Shown here one piece after another: positions 1 to 7,967 of a stretch of DNA of 27,954 bases (position 1 is the stretch's first letter; the number at the start of each line of letters is the position of its first letter). This stretch comes from a virus (Duplodnaviria > Caudoviricetes), in IMG/VR virus record IMGVR_UViG_3300032024_000318, positions 1 to 27,954 of that record. One strand, 5' to 3'. The notes beneath the pieces are model-generated. The model was given only the letters and a program-made list of their open reading frames with translations, did no database searches and was not told the origin of the DNA. A program made the translations under genes and the position numbers.

Positions 1-199
1 TGTAAGATTTTTGTTTTTCAAAATTGGCGGGCTTCACCACAATTTTCAACTCCCCACGCGACAAAACTTTAAAACCATACTGCTCTGCCGTAATTTCTGC
101 ACAAATTTGTATTTTTGATAAGTGTGGTTGTACAACGGATGAAAACTTTATGGGAATAGGGATAATCAAAAATTCATAGTAAGAATAAAAATAATTGTT

Positions 200-295
200 A
201 TGAACATAGCATATGGAATTCTTTGTCTTCTGTCATCTTTTTTAGTGTATAAGTTTTATATCAATATAAGGGGCAAAACGAAATATATACTATAA
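200..295 (+). CDS. Possible 31-aa hydrophobic peptide (MNIAYGILCLLSSFLVYKFYINIRGKTKYIL)
   Basis: Manually read ORF, A-rich upstream, TAnnTTTG motif at 110-117; very short. Confidence 0.3.
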   Translation: MNIAYGILCLLSSFLVYKFYINIRGKTKYIL

Positions 296-318
296 ATAAA
301 GAGGTTACAACCAAAAAA

Positions 319-391
319 GGTTTAAATTGGTTTAATTTTGGTTTAAATTTCAGCTATAAAATTAAACGTAAACAATAAAAAGGTTTAATTT
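319..391. repeat. Phased GGTTTAAWTT repeats
   Basis: GGTTTAA starts at 319, 329, 340 and 382 (spacings 10, 11, 42). Confidence 0.6.
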
Positions 392-397
392 TCACTT

Positions 398-1117
398 CTA
401 TTCGAGGCGTATGACCCCTAAAACGATGGCTATTGCATTGACTTTTGAAAGGTGCAACTCAAACGGTTCGTAGCTTTCGTTGTCGCTTACTATGAGGATG
501 GTATCTATCTCCTTAGTTTTCTTGATTCTTTTAATGAGTGCGCCCTGCTCTGTGTCTAAAACATAGACTTTATTCCATTGAAAGAAAGCATCTTGCAGCG
601 TTAATTTTTTACAAGCTACCAGATCACCGCTGTTATACTTAGGGTACATGCTACTGCCCTTTACCCGTATCATAAAATCTACATTAAGCTCCGTAAACTC
701 TGGCACTATATAGCGTTGGGTGTCATACTCCATAACCTGTTGGGAGCCGGCACCAAAGCCCGCCATGGCCTCTATAGGTATTAGCGGGATACCTGAACCA
801 CTATCTCCTGAAACGGTGACATTTTTTGCACTTTTCGTTTTAGGAGAAAATGTCACCGTTTTTGTCACCCTTTCAAATGGTGGCATTTTTTGAACATTTG
901 GTTTTAAAACTGGTTCTACTCCATTCAATAAAAATTCAGGATTAATATTTACGCACTTTGCATATATCAATTCTATATCAAACCTATTTCTTGTGTGCCA
1001 AGATGATAGAGTTTGTGGCTTTATGCCTAGAAAATTAGCAAATTCAGTCTCCGAATTAAAACCGTGAGCATGTTTTATTTTATTTAAAATCAAGCTTTTA
1101 TCTATTACTTTACTCAT
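398..1117 (-). CDS. CI-like phage repressor (N-terminal HTH, C-terminal S24 peptidase)
   Basis: HTH (FANFLGIKPQTLSSW), A-G cleavage motif (AMAGFG), S24 motifs VKGSSMYP and LIKRI; divergent from ner-like gene. Confidence 0.93.
   Translation of the reverse strand: MSKVIDKSLILNKIKHAHGFNSETEFANFLGIKPQTLSSWHTRNRFDIELIYAKCVNINPEFLLNGVEPVLKPNVQKMPPFERVTKTVTFSPKTKSAKNVTVSGDSGSGIPLIPIEAMAGFGAGSQQVMEYDTQRYIVPEFTELNVDFMIRVKGSSMYPKYNSGDLVACKKLTLQDAFFQWNKVYVLDTEQGALIKRIKKTKEIDTILIVSDNESYEPFELHLSKVNAIAIVLGVIRLE
811..889. repeat. Cluster of four GGTGACA/TGTCACC-type boxes in the repressor linker
   Basis: Perfect 15-bp inverted repeat AAACGGTGACATTTT (811-825) / AAAATGTCACCGTTT (847-861), plus TGTCACC at 863-869 and AAATGGTGGCATTTT at 875-889. 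Confidence 0.7.
950..964. promoter_or_regulatory. Putative operator (TACGCA-N3-TGCGTA type) inside the repressor gene
   Basis: TACGCActtTGCATA, one mismatch to the palindrome. Confidence 0.6.
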
Positions 1118-1125
1118 TTTGCGTA
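1111..1125. promoter_or_regulatory. Putative operator overlapping the repressor start codon
   Basis: TACTCAtttTGCGTA, one mismatch to the palindrome. Confidence 0.7.
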
Positions 1126-1142
1126 AATAATTTGATAATTTT

Positions 1143-1173
1143 TTTGTTTTTACGCAAAATGCGTATATATTTG
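1143..1173 (+). promoter_or_regulatory. Early lytic promoter (Bacteroidota sigma-A type)
   Basis: TTTG (1143-1146) - 19 nt - TATATTTG (1166-1173). Confidence 0.75.
1151..1165. promoter_or_regulatory. Putative main operator, perfect palindrome in the early promoter spacer
   Basis: TACGCAaaaTGCGTA. Confidence 0.75.
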
Positions 1174-1188
1174 TTTCCTAATTAAAAA

Positions 1189-1219
1189 CAAATGTATGAA
1201 AAATAACACCACAGCCAAA
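1189..1219 (-). promoter_or_regulatory. Repressor promoter, facing the early promoter
   Basis: Minus strand TTTG (1219-1216) - 19 nt - TACATTTG (1196-1189). Confidence 0.65.
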
Positions 1220-1411
1220 TTAGAATTGCTCAAAGGCGCACGCATCTATGCCGTAGTGGCCCGCCGACACGGGGTGACCAAGGTATATGCCCGCCAAATT
1301 GCGCTGGGCCTACGGGAGACAAATACTGAAAAAGCCAAGGCAATAGCTAAAGATTTGGAAGAGACCGCCCGTTTTATCTGCCGTCCTGTAACGGCATCTT
1401 CAGTAAAATAG
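1196..1411 (+). CDS. Ner/Cro-like small HTH DNA-binding protein
   Basis: 71 aa, HTH-like VARRHGVTKVYARQIALG, first gene divergent from the repressor. Confidence 0.7.
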   Translation: MKNNTTAKLELLKGARIYAVVARRHGVTKVYARQIALGLRETNTEKAKAIAKDLEETARFICRPVTASSVK

Positions 1412-1434
1412 TAACCCTTAAATAAATAAATAAA

Positions 1435-1629
1435 ATGGCTTTCAACAATTTACCATCAGCATGTATCAATGCCGTAGCGCAACTGCTCATTGAAAAAATG
1501 GTCTATGACCCACAATTCAATTGCTATGCCCTCCCGGAAGAAAATTCCTTCATCACACTCCCTAAGGTCATGGTTGAGATTTGTAAAAAAGAGTTTGAAG
1601 CTCAATCAGCTAATCAACAGGCCGCTTAA
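1435..1629 (+). CDS. Hypothetical early protein
   Basis: ATG after A-rich leader, in operon. Confidence 0.65.
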   Translation: MAFNNLPSACINAVAQLLIEKMVYDPQFNCYALPEENSFITLPKVMVEICKKEFEAQSANQQAA

Positions 1630-1637
1630 CAATAGCT

Positions 1638-1686
1638 TTCCGGGACAAACAAGGAGCATGCGGGTTCGAGTCCCGCCCCGGAACCA
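1638..1686 (+). ncRNA. Mini tRNA-like element 1 (acceptor stem + T-arm, no anticodon arm)
   Basis: TTCCGGG/CCCGGAA 7-bp stem, GCGGG-TTCGAGT-CCCGC T-arm, followed by CCA. Confidence 0.7.
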
Positions 1687-1740
1687 ACAACCGCAGATTA
1701 CTGCAAATGAGAGATAACCAATATCAATAAAATCGGGACA

Positions 1741-1765
1741 GTCTGGAAAGACAGACATTTTTTTT
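1741..1765 (+). terminator. Possible intrinsic terminator/attenuator before the transposase
   Basis: GTCTG-GAAAGA-CAGAC hairpin, then A and T8. Confidence 0.5.
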
Positions 1766-1777
1766 AACAAAAGCACT

Positions 1778-3952
1778 ATGCAAATTCTACCGACAGACAT
1801 TATCATACGCAACTACAAAGACGGCGAGACCCTATGGGTAAGCCAACGCCTGGTAGTGCAGCTGTGCGGCGTGTCGGAGGAATATACTTGGAAGGTTAGA
1901 TCGGTTTTCAAATCATCGATCAAAAACGGCTACAAATACGGCGAATTTTTACCAAACACAGGCACGGCATGGCGATGGGGGAAGGCGAACAACACATTTT
2001 ACTACGACTTTGATTGCATCCCGGACCGGCTGCCCACCCAATACCGGTCAAAATTAGGCACAAAACAACAGCTCATATCGGCATACGAAAGCCTAAAAGC
2101 ATCTGAAAAGCGCAATTTTAGGGAGCAAATCAAAACCAAAATACAGCAAAGCGCGTCCCAACTCATAGACAACACCGATGTTTTGTACTATATGTACCAC
2201 TCGACTGTTGGCTTCACGCAGGCGCAGGCGCAAGAGATGGCCACAGCACGGGCATATTGCCGCTATATACTGCAACAACTAAGAGGCGATGCCTTCAAAA
2301 AGTTGGGCATCAACAAAAAACAAGACTTTTATCAGATATGCACAGAGATACTGTCGCCGCTCGGGCTGGAAGGCTTCAAAATATCATCGGCCGCATACCT
2401 ACGGAACAAGCTCGATGGTTTCCCTGCCTTTGGCGATGTGATGGACCAATTGGACTACTTCGTGTCCGGGAAGTACGGCAACGACAATGCTCAAGTGGTA
2501 GGGCGTTACCCATTGGTGGACGAGGCCACGGGCCAGGTATATGACTTCGACATTCATAAGGCGATCATGTTTCAACTCTACATGAACCCGGGCGGATCTA
2601 CGAAAGAATACATACGCACGCTTTGGGAACGATACTATTGCGAGGACGTGCAAGCATTTGACCTGCAACCCATCGCTTACCGGACCTTCTGCCACCACCT
2701 GACGCGCTTCAACCGGTTGATACAAACAGCCCGCGCCAGGCATGGGGAAGAGTATTATAAAAAACATGTGCAGACCTACGTGGCTACTGAAAAATTGCAG
2801 TATGCGCATTCGCTATTTTGCGGCGATGGGTCGGGTACTATCCAATACAAATACACAAAACCGGACGGCAAATTGGGAACGATGAAGCTGTATGTGATAC
2901 TAATCGCTGATGTTGCGAGCCGGAATATAGCCGGATGGTCTCCCGCCCCGGTAGGGTCGCATAAAGAGTCGGGCGAAATGGTTGAAGATGCCGTGAAAAT
3001 GGCTATTGAAAACACCGGGCGGCAAACAATGTTTGAATTTATCAGCGACAATCACTCTGCTTTTACCAGCGCAGAGAGCAAGGCTTTTTTAAACCTCGTT
3101 TTTAAAAAGGTGAGGAACATAGAAGTAGGCAACTCGCAGGCCAACCCGGCAGAAACGCAGTTCAGATTGTTTAAGCGAAGTTTAAAAGACATCACCAACT
3201 TCCTTTCTACCAGTTGGGAAGCAGGTATAGAAGGCCAGGCAAACGCGGACCATGTGAACATTGAAGACCTTCCCACTTATGAGGATGCCTGCATACAGAT
3301 GCACGAGCTCATCAAGCGATGGAACCACACCAAGCTTCGCGATGGTGTAACGCCGGCTGAGCGGTTCCAAATTAAACACCCGGACTGCAAGCCAATGGAA
3401 GTTTTGGCACTCAGGTATCTGTTTGGCAAACACACAGAAGTTGACCTGAGCTACATGCGCGGTTATGTGAACGTGTACCGATCTAATGGGTACAACGACA
3501 GCAAGTTATTTCAATTTGAAATACCGGACTATGGCGGCGCAGGCACCGAGACGATAGCGCGCGCCATCGGTTACACCACCGGTGTCCGCCTGAAGGTGGT
3601 GTGGGACGAGGAGATGGCAGATTTGTACACCTTGGAAGGCAAGTTCATCATGAGCTGCCCACGGGCCTTGAAGGCATCACAGTCACATGCAGAGACTACG
3701 GACGGAACCATGGCGCTTGGGCATCACTTATCTCGAAAAACAAAACAATCGGCGTTTATAGATGAATTTGAGGCCAACCTAACGGATGTGGTAAACGGAT
3801 TAGGTTATACGCACGCGATGGCGATGGGTGGCACTAAAGAATCATGGAACCAAGCAAAAGGAGATCACGAAAACTCAAAAATAAAAGAGTCTGCCAAACG
3901 GCGCGTAAACCGTGATTTCAACGACGCCGATTGGACAGACCCGGAACAATAA
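1778..3952 (+). CDS. MuA-like DDE transposase
   Basis: rve-type catalytic motifs CGDGS, ISDNHSAF, NPAETQF; upstream of MuB-like ATPase. Confidence 0.9.
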   Translation: MQILPTDIIIRNYKDGETLWVSQRLVVQLCGVSEEYTWKVRSVFKSSIKNGYKYGEFLPNTGTAWRWGKANNTFYYDFDCIPDRLPTQYRSKLGTKQQLISAYESLKASEKRNFREQIKTKIQQSASQLIDNTDVLYYMYHSTVGFTQAQAQEMATARAYCRYILQQLRGDAFKKLGINKKQDFYQICTEILSPLGLEGFKISSAAYLRNKLDGFPAFGDVMDQLDYFVSGKYGNDNAQVVGRYPLVDEATGQVYDFDIHKAIMFQLYMNPGGSTKEYIRTLWERYYCEDVQAFDLQPIAYRTFCHHLTRFNRLIQTARARHGEEYYKKHVQTYVATEKLQYAHSLFCGDGSGTIQYKYTKPDGKLGTMKLYVILIADVASRNIAGWSPAPVGSHKESGEMVEDAVKMAIENTGRQTMFEFISDNHSAFTSAESKAFLNLVFKKVRNIEVGNSQANPAETQFRLFKRSLKDITNFLSTSWEAGIEGQANADHVNIEDLPTYEDACIQMHELIKRWNHTKLRDGVTPAERFQIKHPDCKPMEVLALRYLFGKHTEVDLSYMRGYVNVYRSNGYNDSKLFQFEIPDYGGAGTETIARAIGYTTGVRLKVVWDEEMADLYTLEGKFIMSCPRALKASQSHAETTDGTMALGHHLSRKTKQSAFIDEFEANLTDVVNGLGYTHAMAMGGTKESWNQAKGDHENSKIKESAKRRVNRDFNDADWTDPEQ

Positions 3953-3965
3953 ATAAATAAATAGG

Positions 3966-4892
3966 ATGACAAAGTTAACACAAATTCAGAAAACCCAACT
4001 CATACCGCAAGCAATTGAGCGGTATTTAACGGACAACAACGTAACGCAGGTGGCTCTGGCCACTTTAGCCAACGTTGACAAGGCCTACGTGAACCACATT
4101 GCTAAAGGCAACATGCACATCGGCAAGACACAGATAGCCGATAAGTACTACGAAGCCATCGCCACGGCCATTGGCGTCAGACTGGAGCGCACTTACTGGC
4201 AGCACTTCAACACGTTCAACTTCAAACAGCAGATACTTACGTTTGAAAAAGCCCGTAAAAACAAGAGTCGATTGGGAATTGACGGCGATACAGGTTTGGG
4301 CAAAACGTATGCAGCTACCTTCTATAAACGTCGTTATCCGACCCGAGCCTTTTTGGTAAAGTGCTCAGGCATCGAAAACAGTAGGGAACTTTCCGTGAGC
4401 ATTGCCAATGAAGTTGGCGTCATGCCCGTAGGGACAAAAGGGCGCATCGTCAAGGAAGTCTGCAAGAAAATCAAATCGATGGGTGGTGACCCAATTCTAT
4501 TTATAGACGAGTTTGAAAACACAAAGGACGGCAGTATTCCGATGGTCAAAGCCATCGCGGACGAATTGGAAGGGTTTGCAGCAATAGTAGTAATTGGTAT
4601 AGACGTTCAAAAGATGCTGCAGACCGGCGCAGACCGGCGCAAAAACGGCTTTATACAAACCAACCGCCGCTGGTCGTTTGGTTGGACGTTCCTTGATCCC
4701 TCTATCGGTGAGGATGTCCGGAACATTTGCATTGAACTTGGTATTGCGAACAAAGCCGCACAAAACTGGCTTGCCAACCGCGTTAAGGATTTTGACAGCC
4801 TGAAAAACATCTGCGTTTCGGCGTTGGAAGAGGCCGAAAAAACAGGCCAGGAAGTCAGCGTGGCATTGTTAAATGAACTGTATCCCCTTTAG
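3966..4892 (+). CDS. MuB-like transposition AAA+ ATPase with N-terminal HTH
   Basis: Walker A GDTGLGKT, Walker B LFIDE, N-terminal TQVALATLANVDKAYVNHI. Confidence 0.9.
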   Translation: MTKLTQIQKTQLIPQAIERYLTDNNVTQVALATLANVDKAYVNHIAKGNMHIGKTQIADKYYEAIATAIGVRLERTYWQHFNTFNFKQQILTFEKARKNKSRLGIDGDTGLGKTYAATFYKRRYPTRAFLVKCSGIENSRELSVSIANEVGVMPVGTKGRIVKEVCKKIKSMGGDPILFIDEFENTKDGSIPMVKAIADELEGFAAIVVIGIDVQKMLQTGADRRKNGFIQTNRRWSFGWTFLDPSIGEDVRNICIELGIANKAAQNWLANRVKDFDSLKNICVSALEEAEKTGQEVSVALLNELYPL

Positions 4893-4894
4893 AC

Positions 4895-5029
4895 ATGGAA
4901 TACTATACCATAAACGGGAAAAAGCTATTGATCGTGCGCGGGAGCGGAGGAAAGATAGTGAAAGCATACAGCGGGCCTATTGCAAAGGCCAAGTGGAACG
5001 ACATGTTTAACCAATTAAACCTCAATTGA
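4895..5029 (+). CDS. Hypothetical 44-aa protein (not in ORF track)
   Basis: MEYYTINGKKLLIVRGSGGKIVKAYSG...; tightly packed between neighbours. Confidence 0.6.
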   Translation: MEYYTINGKKLLIVRGSGGKIVKAYSGPIAKAKWNDMFNQLNLN

Positions 5030-5030
5030 C

Positions 5031-5201
5031 ATGCAAGTCACAAAAGAATGGCTCGAAACCGAGATTAAAAAACAAAACGACTGGCTGCAAACGAACAGCC
5101 AAGTTCATTTTGATTACAAAAACAGTGAGCATAAGCGCAACTACTACGTGAACAAGCTCATTGAAATGGACGAGAACGGATTATTAACAATAAATATTTA
5201 A
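5031..5201 (+). CDS. Hypothetical 56-aa protein (not in ORF track)
   Basis: MQVTKEWLETEIKKQNDWL...; fills the gap exactly before 5205. Confidence 0.7.
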   Translation: MQVTKEWLETEIKKQNDWLQTNSQVHFDYKNSEHKRNYYVNKLIEMDENGLLTINI

Positions 5202-5204
5202 ATT

Positions 5205-5855
5205 ATGCAAACACAAACAGTTACCAAGCCAGTCAGCGAGATGTCTGTCGGCGAACTCAGGGCTTATTTGAAAGAAAAGGAAGCCGACGAAAAGCGCATT
5301 GAGGCGCAACGAAAAGAAGCTTATCAAAAAGATAAGGAGAAATTTTTAGAAGATACCATTTCTATCTACAAGGAGTACCAAGAAGGCTTAATTGAGCTGA
5401 AGCAGGACGTAATTACCCACGCCGAAAACTTCAACAGGTTGAAGTATGAAATTGAAGGCAAAGAGGTGAAAGATGCGAAGTCTTTTGAACTGAGAAACGA
5501 TCACGTGAAGATCATCGTGGAAATGCAGGAACGTTTCGATTTCACAGATGAGGCCATCGTGCACATCAACGCGGTCAAGGAGATTTTTAAGGACAAATTT
5601 GAAGCCCGCAACAAAGGATTTTACAGCCTCTTAGACTCGATATTGATGAAGAATACGCGGGGGGAATATGATGCCAAGCTACTCACAAAAGCAAGGCGCA
5701 AAGCTCGGGAAATAGGCGACGAGGAGTTGATAGAGCGGTTAGACAAGCTGAACGACTGTTTGGTTGTGACCGGGTCGGTGAAGTATGTGCGGGTTTACCG
5801 AAAGGACGAACGCAACCAATGGAAAGATGTAACACTTAATTTCTCATCGCTATGA
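5205..5855 (+). CDS. DUF3164-family protein (Mu Gam-like position)
   Basis: Coiled-coil N-terminus, C-terminal YVRVYRKDERNQWKDVTLNFSSL typical of the family. Confidence 0.75.
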   Translation: MQTQTVTKPVSEMSVGELRAYLKEKEADEKRIEAQRKEAYQKDKEKFLEDTISIYKEYQEGLIELKQDVITHAENFNRLKYEIEGKEVKDAKSFELRNDHVKIIVEMQERFDFTDEAIVHINAVKEIFKDKFEARNKGFYSLLDSILMKNTRGEYDAKLLTKARRKAREIGDEELIERLDKLNDCLVVTGSVKYVRVYRKDERNQWKDVTLNFSSL

Positions 5856-6232
5856 AACTGAGAGTGATCAAATCAGCTGGAGTGACTCGCGGCGAGACAG
5901 TTTTGTCCATCGCCCATAGAGGCCAGATATTTATCGGGTCTAACACAATAAGAATGTACAACTTGCACGATGTTGAGAGCGTGAACATCATACAAGATGA
6001 AGACAGCGAAAAAGACTTTTTTATCCAATTTAAACGCGACCGGACAGGGGAAGTCAGGGTACATTCATACACTGGCCGCATTGCCGGAAGCAGCTCATCT
6101 GCTTATATATTGATGAAAAAGTCATTCCACCTGTGTGACGACCGGACCCTTACGTTCAGGGTAGGTAAGCCTATGGAAGTTTCCGGTATTGAAGTTCACC
6201 CCCTGCTCATCAATTTATCTGAACTATTATGA
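5852..6232 (+). CDS. Hypothetical protein
   Basis: ATGA overlap with upstream gene. Confidence 0.7.
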   Translation: MKLRVIKSAGVTRGETVLSIAHRGQIFIGSNTIRMYNLHDVESVNIIQDEDSEKDFFIQFKRDRTGEVRVHSYTGRIAGSSSSAYILMKKSFHLCDDRTLTFRVGKPMEVSGIEVHPLLINLSELL

Positions 6233-6393
6233 CCGTACAAATAGATAGAAAGGACGACCGCACTTACTATGTCAACGACAAGTTGGTGCGCAAAGACACA
6301 AACGACAATTGGGTATCGCCATATAGCGAGCTCACACCAGAGGAATCGTTTAAATTTCGCGAACACTTAAAAAACACAGGTCATGAAGAATAG
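6229..6393 (+). CDS. Hypothetical 54-aa protein (not in ORF track)
   Basis: MTVQIDRKDDRTYYVNDKLV...; ATGA overlap. Confidence 0.65.
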   Translation: MTVQIDRKDDRTYYVNDKLVRKDTNDNWVSPYSELTPEESFKFREHLKNTGHEE

Positions 6394-6571
6394 AATTTTT
6401 AACTGGTTTGCCCTCATTTCGATTTTTTGCTGGGGTGCCGCAGCCGGGATTGCCAGTTCTATTTGGGCCCTTGGCGTTAGCTCGCCAGTGATGTTAATTG
6501 CCCTCGTCGGCACAGCGGTATTTCCGGTCGTATTGTTTGGGATATTTATAATTATCGTGTTTGAACAATGA
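6383..6571 (+). CDS. Small membrane protein (2 TM)
   Basis: Almost entirely hydrophobic 62 aa. Confidence 0.65.
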   Translation: MKNRIFNWFALISIFCWGAAAGIASSIWALGVSSPVMLIALVGTAVFPVVLFGIFIIIVFEQ

Positions 6572-6577
6572 CAAACT

Positions 6578-6620
6578 TTCCGGACTGGCAGACATCAGGG
6601 TTCGAGTCCCTGTCCGGAAC
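6578..6620 (+). ncRNA. Mini tRNA-like element 2
   Basis: TTCCGGA/TCCGGAA 7-bp stem, CAGGG-TTCGAGT-CCCTG T-arm, 11-nt linker CTGGCAGACAT. Confidence 0.7.
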
Positions 6621-6637
6621 AAAATAAATAGATAGTT

Positions 6638-7267
6638 ATGAAAGCAATTGGCATCAACGATTTTTTAAACAAGAAGTTCGACATCTACCCATTCAAGGGT
6701 AAGTGGCTGGCCACCTTTGGCGAACCGGAGAAGAACTTTGTTATGCACATTACCGGCGAAAGTGGCAACGGCAAAACGGAACTCGCAACACAGTTGGCCA
6801 AGCTTATGGCAGGCTTCACAAAGGTCTTGTTTTGCTCATACGAGCAAGGTATCTCTAAATCGCTTCAGGACGCGCTGAACAGAAACAACATGCACGAGGT
6901 GTCCGGGCGTGTGCTTTTTTTAGGTAATGAGCCTTTTCATGAGCTTGTTTTGAGGCTTAAAAAAAGAGCGTCGCCGACCTGCGTGGTCATCGACAGCCTT
7001 GACTATATGAGGTTGACTACAGATCAATACAAATTTTAAAAAAAAACATTCCCCCGAAAGTCTTTCATCATTATCAGTTGGTCAGCTAATGGAAAACCAA
7101 AAAGTCAATATGCTAAAGACATCGAGTATATGTCGGACATAAAAGGGTATGTCAAAAACTTCAAGCTTTATGTCCAAAGCCGCTTTGGTGGCAACGTGCC
7201 TTTAGTTATTTGGGACAAGAAACCAAAACAAGGAGAACAATTAAAACTAATAGATGGCAACAATTAA
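6638..7267 (+). pseudogene. RecA/KaiC-like ATPase interrupted by one in-frame TAA at 7037-7039
   Basis: Walker A GESGNGKT, Walker B VVIDSL; the same frame continues after TAA (KKTFPRKSFIIISW...SRFGG...) to TAA 7265-7267, overlapping the next start. Confidence 0.8.
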
Positions 7268-7703
7268 ACAGTTGATGACGCTGCTCGGTAGGGCAGGCAT
7301 CAGGGAGGAAGCGCGCCGGGAAATGATCTATAACTTCACCAACGGACGGACAGATTCGGCCAAAAATTTAAGCACAAAAGAACTGCAATCGCTCTGTGGC
7401 GAGCTTCAAAACCGGCAACAACAGGGGGAATTGGAGCTGATCATGCGACGAAAGCGGAGCATTGTGCTGACGATAGCTACAAGGACAGGTATCAAAGAAC
7501 CGAACGGGTGGAGTAAGTTCAATCTATGGATGCAAAACAAATCGATTTTTAAAAAAGAGCTGCACAAATACGATTTTGACGAATTAGACCAATTGGTACG
7601 GCAGTTTAGGGGCTTGGAGGCAAACTTCAAGAAGAGCGCGGAGAAGCCCGGAACGAAAGCATGGCATCAATCCACCGGCATACCTGATTTTAACCCTAAC
7701 TAA
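7254..7703 (+). CDS. GemA/Mu gp16-like regulatory protein
   Basis: RTDSAKNLSTKELQSL motif and two-helix-bundle pattern; Mu early position. Confidence 0.55.
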   Translation: MATIKQLMTLLGRAGIREEARREMIYNFTNGRTDSAKNLSTKELQSLCGELQNRQQQGELELIMRRKRSIVLTIATRTGIKEPNGWSKFNLWMQNKSIFKKELHKYDFDELDQLVRQFRGLEANFKKSAEKPGTKAWHQSTGIPDFNPN

Positions 7704-7763
7704 AAAAAAGAGCCAGGAACATTGCTATTCGAGGCCCGGTGACACGGCAAATATAGCAATCAA

Positions 7764-7967
7764 ATGGCATATAACAGCGTAAATTTTTACAAACGGGTCT
7801 TAGAGGTACAACAGATAGCTTGGCAACACCGCCAGCGCGGCCTTTTTTACAAGGAAATATACTACCGGTACGTAGAGAAACAGTTCAAAATAAGCAAGCG
7901 GACGTTCGATAGGTATCTCGGGATCAACGCAAAAAGGGAATTGAAAAAACTAAATGAAAAAATATGA
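7764..7967 (+). CDS. Small basic HTH protein, candidate late activator (Mor/C-like role)
   Basis: FKISKRTFDRYL helix-turn-helix pattern; follows GemA-like gene. Confidence 0.55.
   Translation: MAYNSVNFYKRVLEVQQIAWQHRQRGLFYKEIYYRYVEKQFKISKRTFDRYLGINAKRELKKLNEKI

Noticed and set aside
1638-1686. Bona fide tRNA gene (also 6578-6620)
   Set aside because: No D-stem or anticodon arm and under 50 nt; kept only as tRNA-like elements
1684-1701. CCGCAGATTAC shared with 9355-9365
   Set aside because: An 11-mer repeat is expected by chance in 28 kb; contexts differ
1490-1717. 75-aa ORF
   Set aside because: TTG start, overlaps a better ORF and runs across the mini-tRNA
7034-7046. Programmed frameshift at TTTTAAAAAAAAA
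   Set aside because: The downstream half of the ATPase is in the same frame, so a single shift would not restore it
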